From the sequence record DRR378314_2799: a stretch of 64,000 bases of DNA; one strand, written 5' to 3'. Under the pieces are notes generated by a model. The model searched no databases. It was given only the letters and a program-made list of their open reading frames with translations, and was not told the DNA's origin. Each line of letters starts with the position of its first letter. Position 1 is the first letter of the stretch. The position numbers were made by a program, and so were the translations under genes. Shown here piece after piece: positions 9,059 through 17,595 of the stretch.

Positions 9059-9793
9059 TTACCATTTCTCAATCCAGGGTCTTAGATCAAGCTCAAATGT
9101 CCAAGCGTCCCTGGGCTGGCAGTGTAAGTGCCAGTAATTGTCAGCAATATGGTCCGAGTTTAAAATGCCGTCATTTTCCTTCAGTGCATAGCGATCCGGG
9201 AAATTCGTCCGAATGAAATCTGTATCAATTGCCCCATCCACGATCACGTGTCCAACATGGATCCCTTTCGGCGCCAACTCTCTCGCCATGGACTGAGCCA
9301 GGGCACGAAGTGCATGTTTGGATCCAGCAAAAGCCGCGAAATTTCTACCGCCGCGCACGCTGGCTGTTGCGCCGGTGAAGAGGATTGAGCCTGACCCGCG
9401 TTCCACCATGCGCCGTGCCACTTCGCGAGAGGTCAGAAACCCTGCGAAACAGCCCATCTCCCATATTTTATAAAATTTTCGAGAGGTCTCTTCTAAAATG
9501 CTGGAGGGAGCATTGGCCCCGATGTTGAAGACAAGAACGTCAATAGATCCCAAATTGGCTTCGATCTTCTGAACCAGGTCTTGGACCTGATCTTCTTGAC
9601 GGGCATCACAGCCGAAAGCCTTGGCCATACCCCCAGTTTGAGTGATTTCCTCGATTAAAGGGGCCAGTTTTTCCTCATTTCGGCGGACACAGGCGGCAAT
9701 GTAGCCCTCTTTTGCAAAGCGTTTGGCTATCGCGCCGCCCGTGGCATCTCCGGCACCAATGATGAGTGCAACTTTTTTGTTAGGTTTCGTCAT
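9059..9793 (-). CDS. SDR family oxidoreductase
   Basis: IIGAGDATG, FNIGAN, TGATASVRG, F...K, ELDLRPW.EKW. Confidence 0.92.
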   Translation of the reverse strand: MTKPNKKVALIIGAGDATGGAIAKRFAKEGYIAACVRRNEEKLAPLIEEITQTGGMAKAFGCDARQEDQVQDLVQKIEANLGSIDVLVFNIGANAPSSILEETSRKFYKIWEMGCFAGFLTSREVARRMVERGSGSILFTGATASVRGGRNFAAFAGSKHALRALAQSMARELAPKGIHVGHVIVDGAIDTDFIRTNFPDRYALKENDGILNSDHIADNYWHLHCQPRDAWTFELDLRPWIEKW

Positions 9794-9809
9794 GATGTCT
9801 TCCCCTTCA

Positions 9810-10727
9810 CTAAAGGTGTTCCTGCCGCGTGTGGTGAGCTGCACCTGATCTTTGTAAATACTGTTTGGAAATAAAAGGCAGGCCAGCAGCAAACCACAGG
9901 CCAGTCAGCAAGTAGCGAATATAGTCCGCGACGGCCCCATCAAACCCTACTTCTTGAAAGACAGGTTTTAATCCGCGCCATAGAAGGAGCAGAACCACGA
10001 TGCCAATAATGAACGTTAGCACTCGACTTTTCCAGTTCCGGGGCGGTGTGAATTCGATGAACCGCTGGTCTATCAGAACACCAAAAAGCCAACTGGTAAT
10101 AAGGGCAGACAATACAATGGCCAGTTTTTTCATTTCGGGATTCTCAAAATAGAAAAAACAAGCCGTGGTGATGAGAAAACTGCCGATGCCTGCTAAGGTC
10201 CAGTCTTTAGCAGAGGGGTTTTTGTGCTTGCTATTGATGCAGAAACTAAACAGACCAACTTGCAGAAAACCAAGGAACAGCCCAACGCCCACATCATGAA
10301 AATGGTGAACACCAAGGTAAGGGCGGCTTAAGGCGACCAGAATTGCCACGATAAACATAAGGGTTGCCAAAAAGCGCCGATGGCGAAACTCAAAAGCAAG
10401 CCATCCCCAGAACGCCGCTGCCGTTTGGGCATGACCAGACGGGAAGCTATATCCTTCTGCGGTGTATACAGCCGTGACCGTTGGGCGGGGCAGGGCAAAA
10501 TATTCTTTGAGAAACGCATTGAGCAGGGCGGAGACGAGAAGCATCAATAAAGCCCGGCGGAAAATATCTTTATCGACAAACCATAACCCAATGGCCCCAA
10601 ACAGGATTAGAAAGGGTTCGTGTCCCAATTCGGTTGCCAGCCAGAAAAGCTGGTCGAGCAACGGGTTTCGAACCTCTGCAAAAGCCTGCAGGGCGAGAAT
10701 ATCTAAGTGAAGTATGTCTTCAATCAC
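9810..10727 (-). CDS. PAP2 family membrane phosphatase
   Basis: K......RP, FPSGHA, SR.YLGVH...DV motifs; GTG start at 10727 inferred from RBS and overlap with TetR stop. Confidence 0.88.
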   Translation of the reverse strand: MIEDILHLDILALQAFAEVRNPLLDQLFWLATELGHEPFLILFGAIGLWFVDKDIFRRALLMLLVSALLNAFLKEYFALPRPTVTAVYTAEGYSFPSGHAQTAAAFWGWLAFEFRHRRFLATLMFIVAILVALSRPYLGVHHFHDVGVGLFLGFLQVGLFSFCINSKHKNPSAKDWTLAGIGSFLITTACFFYFENPEMKKLAIVLSALITSWLFGVLIDQRFIEFTPPRNWKSRVLTFIIGIVVLLLLWRGLKPVFQEVGFDGAVADYIRYLLTGLWFAAGLPFISKQYLQRSGAAHHTRQEHL

Positions 10728-11331
10728 GATCACGTTCCTTTTGAATGGCCAGATGATCGGCAATTTGGTCGGCAATTGAAAGGGCAAATTCTATAGCTGG
10801 GTCCGCCAACGGGTCAGAACTTTGCTGGGTGAGGCCGATATATTTTAAATGAAGGGGATCACCGCTTCGGGCTATCAGATCCACTGATGTTTCCAGTAAG
10901 CCCGGGGAAGTTTTGCCAATGCCCGCCATATCGCGAATGGCGCGCCGCACAGATTGCCTTTGGCTCGTCAGGGCCAGATCGCAACCTTCCGAGGTGACAA
11001 CTTCCGGAATGGTCAAGAGTGTTAAATTATCGATGTTAAAAGCCCGGTAGCGATGAAGGTGATCTTTGAGCGCATTTCTTGTTTCGGTTCGGTTTTGCGC
11101 CGCTTTCAGGTTGTCGCGGGTGCGGGCAAACAGCACTTCATAACCTGTGCTGATAAAGGAAAAGGCCAGGGCGCCCGGATCTGGGAAGTGACGATAAACC
11201 GTACCGCGACCCAAGCCGGAGATTTTAACGATATCAGACATGGTCGGCAGATTATCCATATTTATACGGGTGGCTTTGTGGAAAGCGTCCATAATAATTT
11301 GTCGGTTCTGCCGGGCATCTTTTCGGGTCAC
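10720..11331 (-). CDS. TetR family transcriptional regulator
   Basis: RKDARQNR..I, MSDI...SGLGRGTVYRHFP HTH; GTG start inferred. Confidence 0.85.
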   Translation of the reverse strand: MTRKDARQNRQIIMDAFHKATRINMDNLPTMSDIVKISGLGRGTVYRHFPDPGALAFSFISTGYEVLFARTRDNLKAAQNRTETRNALKDHLHRYRAFNIDNLTLLTIPEVVTSEGCDLALTSQRQSVRRAIRDMAGIGKTSPGLLETSVDLIARSGDPLHLKYIGLTQQSSDPLADPAIEFALSIADQIADHLAIQKERDRD

Positions 11332-11361
11332 GAAAGTCACTTCCAATTTGATTTGGTATAT

Positions 11362-11400
11362 GGACAACTGTCCGTTTCTGTATTATACGGACATATGTCC
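11362..11400. promoter_or_regulatory. Tandem palindromic operator (TetR)
   Basis: GGACA-AC-TGTCC (11362-11373) and GGACA-TA-TGTCC (11389-11400) in the divergent promoter region. Confidence 0.7.
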
Positions 11401-11469
11401 ATTTTTAAACCCTAATTCTTAATGTGAGAGTTTGCAATAAGAAGAATAATATTTACAAGGAGTTAGCGA

Positions 11470-12435
11470 ATGTCTTTACCAGATATGCTGAAAGGCAGAT
11501 TATCCGTTCCCGTGCTTGGGTCCCCCTTATTTATCATCTCTAATCCGGATCTGGTGATCGCCCAGTGCAAGGCGGGCGTGATCGGATCCTTTCCTGCATT
11601 GAACGCACGCCCGATCGAGGTTCTGGAAGAATGGCTGAAGCGGATCACAGAAGAGCTGGATGCTTATAATCAGGCAAATCCAGATAAACCCGCTGCCCCT
11701 TTTGCGGTTAACCAGATCGTTCATAAGTCAAATGACCGCTTGATGCGCGATGTAGAGTTATGTGCAAAATATAAGGTGCCAATCACAATTACCTCTTTGG
11801 GCGCTCGTGAAGAAGTCAATGACGCCATGCATGCTGCAGGTGGCATCGTTATTCATGACGTGATCAATAATCGTTTTGCCAAAAAGGCCATTGAGAAGGG
11901 GGCTGACGGTATTATTGCGGTTGCCTCCGGCGCGGGTGGTCATGCGGGGACTTTGTCACCCTTTGCACTCGTTCAGGAAATTCGTGAATGGTTCGATGGC
12001 TTTCTATTGCTGAGTGGATCCATCGGAACCGGCGATGCCGTGCTGGCCTGTCAGGCCATGGGCGCTGATATGGCGTATATTGGATCAGCGTTCATTGCAA
12101 CGAAAGAAGCCAATGCGAGCGAAGCCTATAAGCAGGGAATTGTGGACAGCAGTGCGGATGATATTATCTACACCAATCTTTTCACCGGCATTCATGGCAA
12201 CTATCTGAAACCCTCTATCCTGAATGCGGGACTGGATCCAAATAACCTGCCAGAAAGTGATCCCAGTAAAATGAACTTTGGCTCGGGCGGGAATACAAAA
12301 GCAAAAGCCTGGAAAGATATCTGGGGTTGCGGACAAGGTATTAATGCAGTGAAGGAAATTCCTACTGCGGGCGATCTGGTGGCCCGTCTGAAATCAGAAT
12401 ATGAGACGGCACGTGCACGGTTGATGAGCCTTTAA
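11470..12435 (+). CDS. Nitronate monooxygenase family (NAD(P)H-dependent flavin oxidoreductase)
   Basis: SPLFIIS.P, GSFPALNAR, GAGGHAG, AYIGSAFIAT.EA, WKDIWGCGQG. Confidence 0.92.
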   Translation: MSLPDMLKGRLSVPVLGSPLFIISNPDLVIAQCKAGVIGSFPALNARPIEVLEEWLKRITEELDAYNQANPDKPAAPFAVNQIVHKSNDRLMRDVELCAKYKVPITITSLGAREEVNDAMHAAGGIVIHDVINNRFAKKAIEKGADGIIAVASGAGGHAGTLSPFALVQEIREWFDGFLLLSGSIGTGDAVLACQAMGADMAYIGSAFIATKEANASEAYKQGIVDSSADDIIYTNLFTGIHGNYLKPSILNAGLDPNNLPESDPSKMNFGSGGNTKAKAWKDIWGCGQGINAVKEIPTAGDLVARLKSEYETARARLMSL

Positions 12436-12463
12436 GGCGAACCGGCAGCTTTCTGCAGGAAAC

Positions 12464-12853
12464 TCAGGATTTAATATCCAGCAGGGTTTCCTGCATTTCA
12501 TCCCAAGTGGCGATGGATTTAAGATTGGCTTCATAGGTGCGTTGGGCCATCTGATTATTGACCAGTTCTGTGGCCACATCCACGTTCGGACTTTCAACAT
12601 ATCCATCGTCTGAGGCCAGCGCATGATCAGGAGAGTAGGTCAGGCTGGTTGCAGGGTCGCGCTCTTTAACGACAATTTCGGGGCCCCCGCCTGAGCCTGT
12701 GATTTGAACCGCATCTACGGGCTGATAAGCAGCCTCGGCGCCAGTTGCACCTGGTTTTCCCACGGTTTGGGAATTGACCAGGTTTGATGCCCCAACTTCT
12801 AATTTACGGGTGGAGGCGTTTAAACCGGCAAGGGCAGAGTTAATCACTGACAT
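12464..12853 (-). CDS. Flagellar basal-body rod protein, FlgC-like paralog
   Basis: N-term SALAGL.A...LEV.ASNLVN and C-term Y.PDH.LA..DGYV.SPNVD...E......QRTYEAN. Confidence 0.85.
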   Translation of the reverse strand: MSVINSALAGLNASTRKLEVGASNLVNSQTVGKPGATGAEAAYQPVDAVQITGSGGGPEIVVKERDPATSLTYSPDHALASDDGYVESPNVDVATELVNNQMAQRTYEANLKSIATWDEMQETLLDIKS

Positions 12854-12936
12854 CTTTCGCAACTCCATTTCATAAAATTTTAAATAAAATTTATGCGAAA
12901 ATAAAAATTAATAATTACTCCTTATAGGAGCAATTT

Positions 12937-12952
12937 GTTAATGAACTCTTAA
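12937..12952 (-). promoter_or_regulatory. Perfect CtrA box upstream of the flgC-like gene
   Basis: GTTAA-TGAACTC-TTAA, the reverse complement of TTAA-N7-TTAAC. Confidence 0.75.
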
Positions 12953-12968
12953 TCCCGATGCCGGACGT

Positions 12969-13562
12969 CTAGCCAAAGAGGATCAGACCAACAGTTCCAA
13001 CAAGCAGCAAAGCCATAATCGAATTGAAAATGCGGAGTTTTAAGGGGCTGGATAAAAAGCGCCGTAATTGAGTGCCAGCAATCACCCAGAAAAGGATTGA
13101 AGGTAAGCTGACGATAGCGTGTCCGCCAACCAGAAGCGCAATATCGGCAAGGGTTACCGGGCTGGTTTCCACGAAAGCAGAAGGAATTGTCCCTGCCAGG
13201 ATCCAGGCTTTTGGGTTGATATACTGAAAAAGCGCGGCTTGTAAGAAGGTAAATGGTTTTGAAACTGTAACATTCGAAATATTGGAAGACTGGCTCACCC
13301 GCCAGGCGAGATAGAGAAGGTAGGCACTTCCGGCATATTTCATAATTGGCTGGATTTGCGGAAACAGTGTGAAGATTTCACCAAGGCCAAAGCAAACGAC
13401 CGTCAGCATAAACAGAAAGCCCAGATACACACCCAGTGAGTGAGGAATGGTACGCCTAAACCCAAAATTCACCCCGGAAGAGGCGAGCATGATGGTATTT
13501 GGCCCCGGTGTGGCCGAATTAATAAAAGAATAGGTCAAAAGGGCGGTGAAAGCGACAGACAT
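12969..13562 (-). CDS. LysE/RhtB family exporter (EamB-like)
   Basis: TPGPNT.ML..SG.NFGFRRT.PH, YLLYLAW, FQYINPKAW. Confidence 0.92.
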   Translation of the reverse strand: MSVAFTALLTYSFINSATPGPNTIMLASSGVNFGFRRTIPHSLGVYLGFLFMLTVVCFGLGEIFTLFPQIQPIMKYAGSAYLLYLAWRVSQSSNISNVTVSKPFTFLQAALFQYINPKAWILAGTIPSAFVETSPVTLADIALLVGGHAIVSLPSILFWVIAGTQLRRFLSSPLKLRIFNSIMALLLVGTVGLILFG

Positions 13563-13625
13563 GGATGCTCCTTAAGTCAGCATCTTTGACCTATTTTGGA
13601 AAAGCCGTCAATCCATCGATGAGGT

Positions 13626-13943
13626 TTATGAGGTCTCCGTCACGGTTTTTCGCCAATCATCTAGCAGTCTGAGGAAGTCTTCAGTGTTCAAAGATTGAGT
13701 GTCTGTTTCATCATGGAGGTTAGAAAGGGTGATTATGTTTTGCCGTTTGGTGATTTCATAGAGATTGCCCGTCAGGCTGAATTGAGAGAGGTCTGTCCCG
13801 CCGATCCGATCCCTTAAGAGATCGCAAAAGGCTATATTTTGTTGGATCTCGCTTTCCATATAGGATTTAACGGTGGAGAAGGCGGCTTCAGTCTCTAGTT
13901 GGAAAAAGCTTGTTTTTTCGGATTTTCGGATTTTATAAATCAT
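13626..13943 (-). CDS. Small cytoplasmic protein, UPF0231/YacL-like by eye; candidate immunity protein
   Basis: ATGA overlap with the EndoU gene; segments ESEIQQN, TGNLYEI, EDFLRLLDDWR. Confidence 0.65.
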   Translation of the reverse strand: MIYKIRKSEKTSFFQLETEAAFSTVKSYMESEIQQNIAFCDLLRDRIGGTDLSQFSLTGNLYEITKRQNIITLSNLHDETDTQSLNTEDFLRLLDDWRKTVTETS

Positions 13944-14437
13944 TGTCTATTGGCTTCGTAAATTGGGTAGGCGGTGACAATTCTTCCGTTGGACAGAAGA
14001 TAGCCTTCTATATAAAAACCGGCGCCTGACTGGCCCCGCCATTTGCCTGCCGTGCTTCTAGGACTGTTGTGGAACGCCGTTAAAATAAGCGAGGTGATTT
14101 CCGCTCTGGATAGATTAGCTGGAAACATGCTGGAAAATTTCGATTTCCATATCTTGTGTTCGGGATCGAAAATCTCGACGATTGCGGTATAAATTCCGAA
14201 TTGATTGACACCGGACAGGGGTGTTTGAATGCGGGCTGATTTAGGTGGGTTGACGTTTGGCCGATGATGAAACCCGGTTGGCTTGCCGCGGCTGTTAATC
14301 TCTCCTTCAAAGATGTGGGTAAGGTTTAGCGGCGGCTGAGTATCCGACCAGACTGTGCCATCCCGCGCACCTGCAGAAACTTGAAAGAAGACGGTAAAAA
14401 AGAGGAGTAAGAGCGTGCCTGTAAAGGCTTTTCTCAT
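13940..14437 (-). CDS. Secreted bacterial EndoU-family ribonuclease
   Basis: Sec signal peptide, then HIFEGEIN..GKPTGFHH, K.KFSSMFP, IEGY....IVTAYP (EndoU His-His-Lys pattern). Confidence 0.85.
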   Translation of the reverse strand: MRKAFTGTLLLLFFTVFFQVSAGARDGTVWSDTQPPLNLTHIFEGEINSRGKPTGFHHRPNVNPPKSARIQTPLSGVNQFGIYTAIVEIFDPEHKIWKSKFSSMFPANLSRAEITSLILTAFHNSPRSTAGKWRGQSGAGFYIEGYLLSNGRIVTAYPIYEANRQ

Positions 14438-15231
14438 GTGGGCGGCGCCCCGCTCACAAAACTTTCCACCAGACTTCGGGCAACCAGGTTCCAGCCATCC
14501 ACCAAGACAAAGAAGATCAGCTTGAACGGAAGCGCAATCATGACAGGGGGCAGCATCATCATACCCATGGACATCAGAATAGACGCAACAACCATGTCGA
14601 TGACCAAAAAGGGAATGAACAGAAGAAAGCCAATTTCAAAGGCCCGTTTCAATTCACTGATCATGAACGACGGGATCAGAACTTTGAGAGGAATATCTTC
14701 TGGCGTTTCAACTGTGTCTGTTGCACTTAAATCCATGAAGAGCTGAACGTCTTTCTCTCGCGCATGCTTGAGCATGAAGTTGCGAAAGGGCAGGGCCATC
14801 CGCTCAAAAGCGGTGGTTTCGTCAATTTCTTCATTGATCAGTGGCAACAACCCGTCATCATAAGCCGCCTGAAATGTGGGGGCCATGATAAATCCTGTCA
14901 AAAACAGGGCTAGTGAAATAATCACCACATTTGGCGGGGTTGTCTGAATACCCAGGGCACTTCGCAGCAAAGACAGCACCACAATCAATCGGGTAAACGA
15001 CGTGGTCACAATCAGAATGGCCGGGGCCAGGCTGAGCACAGTCATCAGAACAATGATCTGCACAATCCGCCCGGTAAGCGGGCCAGTTGCATCGCCTAAA
15101 TCCAGACTTAAGGACTGTGCGATGGCATCTGCAGGAATAAAAAAGGCGATAATTCCAAGGGTGACGGTCAAACCAAGCAGAACGGGCAGGGAGACCAATT
15201 TTCGAAGGGATTTTCGCAGGGATCCGATCAT
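14434..15231 (-). CDS. fliP: Flagellar export protein FliP
   Basis: TVLSLAPAIL..TSFTR, PPN, ISELKRAFEIGF, MGMMMLPP..I.LPFKL.FFVLVDGW. Confidence 0.97.
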   Translation of the reverse strand: MIGSLRKSLRKLVSLPVLLGLTVTLGIIAFFIPADAIAQSLSLDLGDATGPLTGRIVQIIVLMTVLSLAPAILIVTTSFTRLIVVLSLLRSALGIQTTPPNVVIISLALFLTGFIMAPTFQAAYDDGLLPLINEEIDETTAFERMALPFRNFMLKHAREKDVQLFMDLSATDTVETPEDIPLKVLIPSFMISELKRAFEIGFLLFIPFLVIDMVVASILMSMGMMMLPPVMIALPFKLIFFVLVDGWNLVARSLVESFVSGAPPT

Positions 15232-15632
15232 TCTTCAGTTTCCCCTCGTATATGTCGCGCCCTTAAACCAGAAAATTTAGGTTCCTGATGTCCATCTTGG
15301 GCCGGTTCGGGGTCCGAACTGCTATTTCCAGCCTCAACTGTTTTGGGCTTGGAGGCAGGTTTGCGCGCTGCTGGGATGTTTGGCTCTACAACCAGATCAC
15401 CATCGGGACCCAACAGAAGAAGATGTTCCTGATCATCCCGTCTGACCAAAACCAGTCGCCTTTTTCCATCCAGCGCAATCATTTGGGTGATTGCCAGGCG
15501 GCGCTTTGTATTGCGATGGTTCTCAGCAGTTGGAATAAATCCAAATTTGCGAACCCCATAGGCAATCAGGGCAATAATCCCAAGGACAAAAACCAGGACA
15601 ACAAGATATTTGGTGTATAATAATAAATCCAT
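15228..15632 (-). CDS. fliO: Flagellar biogenesis protein FliO
   Basis: N-terminal TM, RRL.I.....LD.KRRLVLVRRD..EHLLLLG; overlaps fliP by 4 bp. Confidence 0.88.
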   Translation of the reverse strand: MDLLLYTKYLVVLVFVLGIIALIAYGVRKFGFIPTAENHRNTKRRLAITQMIALDGKRRLVLVRRDDQEHLLLLGPDGDLVVEPNIPAARKPASKPKTVEAGNSSSDPEPAQDGHQEPKFSGLRARHIRGETEE

Positions 15633-15713
15633 GCTGTGTGACGTGCGTCCAGAAGGACGTTTTCTACTCCGTGTCGCTTGGGTAAATTTTAGAAATCATA
15701 AGGCTGTTTTAAA

Positions 15714-15992
15714 TCACACGTCCAGTAAATTGATATGATGGGACAAATCCTCGTATTTCTTTTGAATTTCCTTGGATAGGGTATCTAGTAAAGCGAGAAG
15801 ATCTTCCAGTCCCTGAGTTAGCTCTGCGGTATTGTCACTGTTCATCGCCTGTACATTTTTATATAAGGCGCTCAGTCTGTCCGGAATTTTGGAGATGTCC
15901 ACAACATCACCATTGGCTGTGAGGATTAAACTGTTTTCCAGCTCCTGCTTCATGGATTTGATTTCTTGAAGAAGCTGTTCAGTTGTTATCAT
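15714..15992 (-). CDS. Hypothetical helical/coiled-coil protein
   Basis: ORF from MITTEQLLQEIK overlaps the end of the upstream gene; amphipathic heptad pattern. Confidence 0.6.
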   Translation of the reverse strand: MITTEQLLQEIKSMKQELENSLILTANGDVVDISKIPDRLSALYKNVQAMNSDNTAELTQGLEDLLALLDTLSKEIQKKYEDLSHHINLLDV

Positions 15993-16308
15993 CAGGTGTC
16001 TCGGGTGCTTCAAACTGGGGAGGGAGTTGGTCAGCGTTTTGCGCTTTGTAGAGATAAGACAAAATCTCTGACACGGCGGCAAACGCTTCCAACGGAATGG
16101 GACTATCGACATCCACCTGGGTCAGGATTTGAGCCAAATCGGCATCTTCCCGAACCTTGACGCCATTTTCGAAAGCAATTTTCAAAATCTGTTCAGCAAG
16201 TTCACCTTGACCCGTTGCGGTCACCAGGGGTGCCTTGGCGGAGCCTTTCTCATGGGACAAGGCAACGGCTATGGCCGGCTCGCTGCTTTTTGTCTTGTCA
16301 TCACTCAT
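15979..16308 (-). CDS. Stand-alone FlhB C-terminal-like protein (EscU/YscU/HrcU switch family)
   Basis: AVAL.H......AP.V.A.G.G.LAEQIL.IA.ENGV.VRED..LA..L......IP.E.F.AV.EIL. Confidence 0.9.
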   Translation of the reverse strand: MSDDKTKSSEPAIAVALSHEKGSAKAPLVTATGQGELAEQILKIAFENGVKVREDADLAQILTQVDVDSPIPLEAFAAVSEILSYLYKAQNADQLPPQFEAPETPDDNN

Positions 16309-16614
16309 AGGGCTATCAACTTTCTGATCTGAGACTGACGCCTATCTGTAAGATCTATGTCACTCAGTCTCAACAATACAGTGAAATGTTAACTATATTC
16401 AATTTTTGAATTCCCATTCTGCAAAGACAGCATTTGTTGTTGCTTCTTAGACACTTATACCCAAGTCATAATCTATTTTTTGCGGTACTGCGTGTTGAAT
16501 ATTTTTGGGCATCTTCTTTTTGTTGAAGAAAATGATTGGCACAAAACAATAATTCAGAACATCAGAATATGCTGTTTCATGTGCCGACCGTTACAAATTC
16601 TTTTCATTTTCGGG

Positions 16615-16643
16615 TTGCAAGTCGTTTAGAGAATGATTATGTT
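16615..16643 (+). promoter_or_regulatory. Sigma70-like promoter
   Basis: TTGCAA-N17-TATGTT, about 215 nt upstream of the PfpI start. Confidence 0.45.
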
Positions 16644-16761
16644 CCGCTCGCCGACACAGATATGTCGTGCACCCGACACCTGCCAAGCAGGCGTCTCCCC
16701 GATGAGATTTCGTCTCATTATTTGCAGCAGACAAATTGAATTTGCTTCACTGTCCGAGTGG
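16644..16761 (+). ncRNA. Candidate structured RNA/leader (family not recognised)
   Basis: Consecutive hairpins CGACA/TGTCG, GACACCTGC/GCAGGCGTC, ATGAGA-TTTCG-TCTCAT; possible closing helix CCGCTCG/CGAGTGG. Confidence 0.35.
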
Positions 16762-16858
16762 CCGCTGGCCTGCGATTTTGGCGTTGCCCCGGGTTGGAAA
16801 TTAATTGGTTAGTAAACAGTCCGACCTGATGGACTGTAGATGAAAGGAAAATATCACT

Positions 16859-17425
16859 ATGCAGCAGGAGAACACATTAAGCGGTAAAAAAGTCGCCATT
16901 CTTGTCGCAAACGGTTTTGAAGAATCCCACATGACGGACTTGCACAAGACCTTGGTAGAAACTGGCGCGGATGTGAAGATTGTGTCTCCTGAAAAAGGCG
17001 TAGTGAATAGCTGGCATAACAATGGCTGGGGTCATTTTTTCCCGGCAAATGCGTTTTTGGCAACGTCCATGTCACATCATTTTGACGCTATTGTGGTTCC
17101 AGGCGGCTCCCGTCACGTTCAGCGGTTGAGTGCGGATCCACAAACAGCCCGATTCATGAAGGGCTTCATGGAAGATAACAAACCGGTCGCGCTGTTCGAA
17201 GACGCAGCCCAGATCATTGCGGTTGGCGATTTGGTTGAACACCGGAACTTAGTTGCAGTTGAAAGCACAAAAGAAGTCCTCGGTGAATTTAAAGCGGACC
17301 TGGTGGAAGAGACTTTGGTTGTCGATGACATGCTGTGCACTGCCAAAGATGAAATGTTGCCACTTGTTTACAAATTCGTTGAATGCATTCAATCCTATGA
17401 GCCAGAGGCTTGGGAAGCTGCATAA
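16859..17425 (+). CDS. DJ-1/PfpI family protein (nucleophile Cys absent)
   Basis: GKKVAILVANGFEE, FDAIVVPGG, KPVALFED. Confidence 0.88.
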   Translation: MQQENTLSGKKVAILVANGFEESHMTDLHKTLVETGADVKIVSPEKGVVNSWHNNGWGHFFPANAFLATSMSHHFDAIVVPGGSRHVQRLSADPQTARFMKGFMEDNKPVALFEDAAQIIAVGDLVEHRNLVAVESTKEVLGEFKADLVEETLVVDDMLCTAKDEMLPLVYKFVECIQSYEPEAWEAA

Positions 17426-17451
17426 GTAACTGAATAAAAAATGTAATTTTG

Positions 17452-17485
17452 AAAATGCCTCCTGTTTTTTGGAGGCATTTTTTTT
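17452..17485 (+). terminator. Rho-independent terminator
   Basis: AAAATGCCTCC-loop-GGAGGCATTTT plus T-tract. Confidence 0.8.
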
Positions 17486-17595
17486 GGAAATTCTGATCAA
17501 CTCTTCTCGATATTCAGTTGAAAAATTTACTTTTTGTTTACCAATTCCAAATAAGGTAGACGGTGCAGATTTGTGGCAGAAATTGTGAGAGACCT

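Noticed and set aside
16536-16739. 67-aa ORF over the hairpin tract
   Set aside because: TTG start, no clear RBS, no motifs; RNA structure explains the region better
17526-17542. CtrA-like site before flgB (TTTA-N7-TTTAC)
   Set aside because: Two mismatches in T-rich DNA; plausible but not supportable alone
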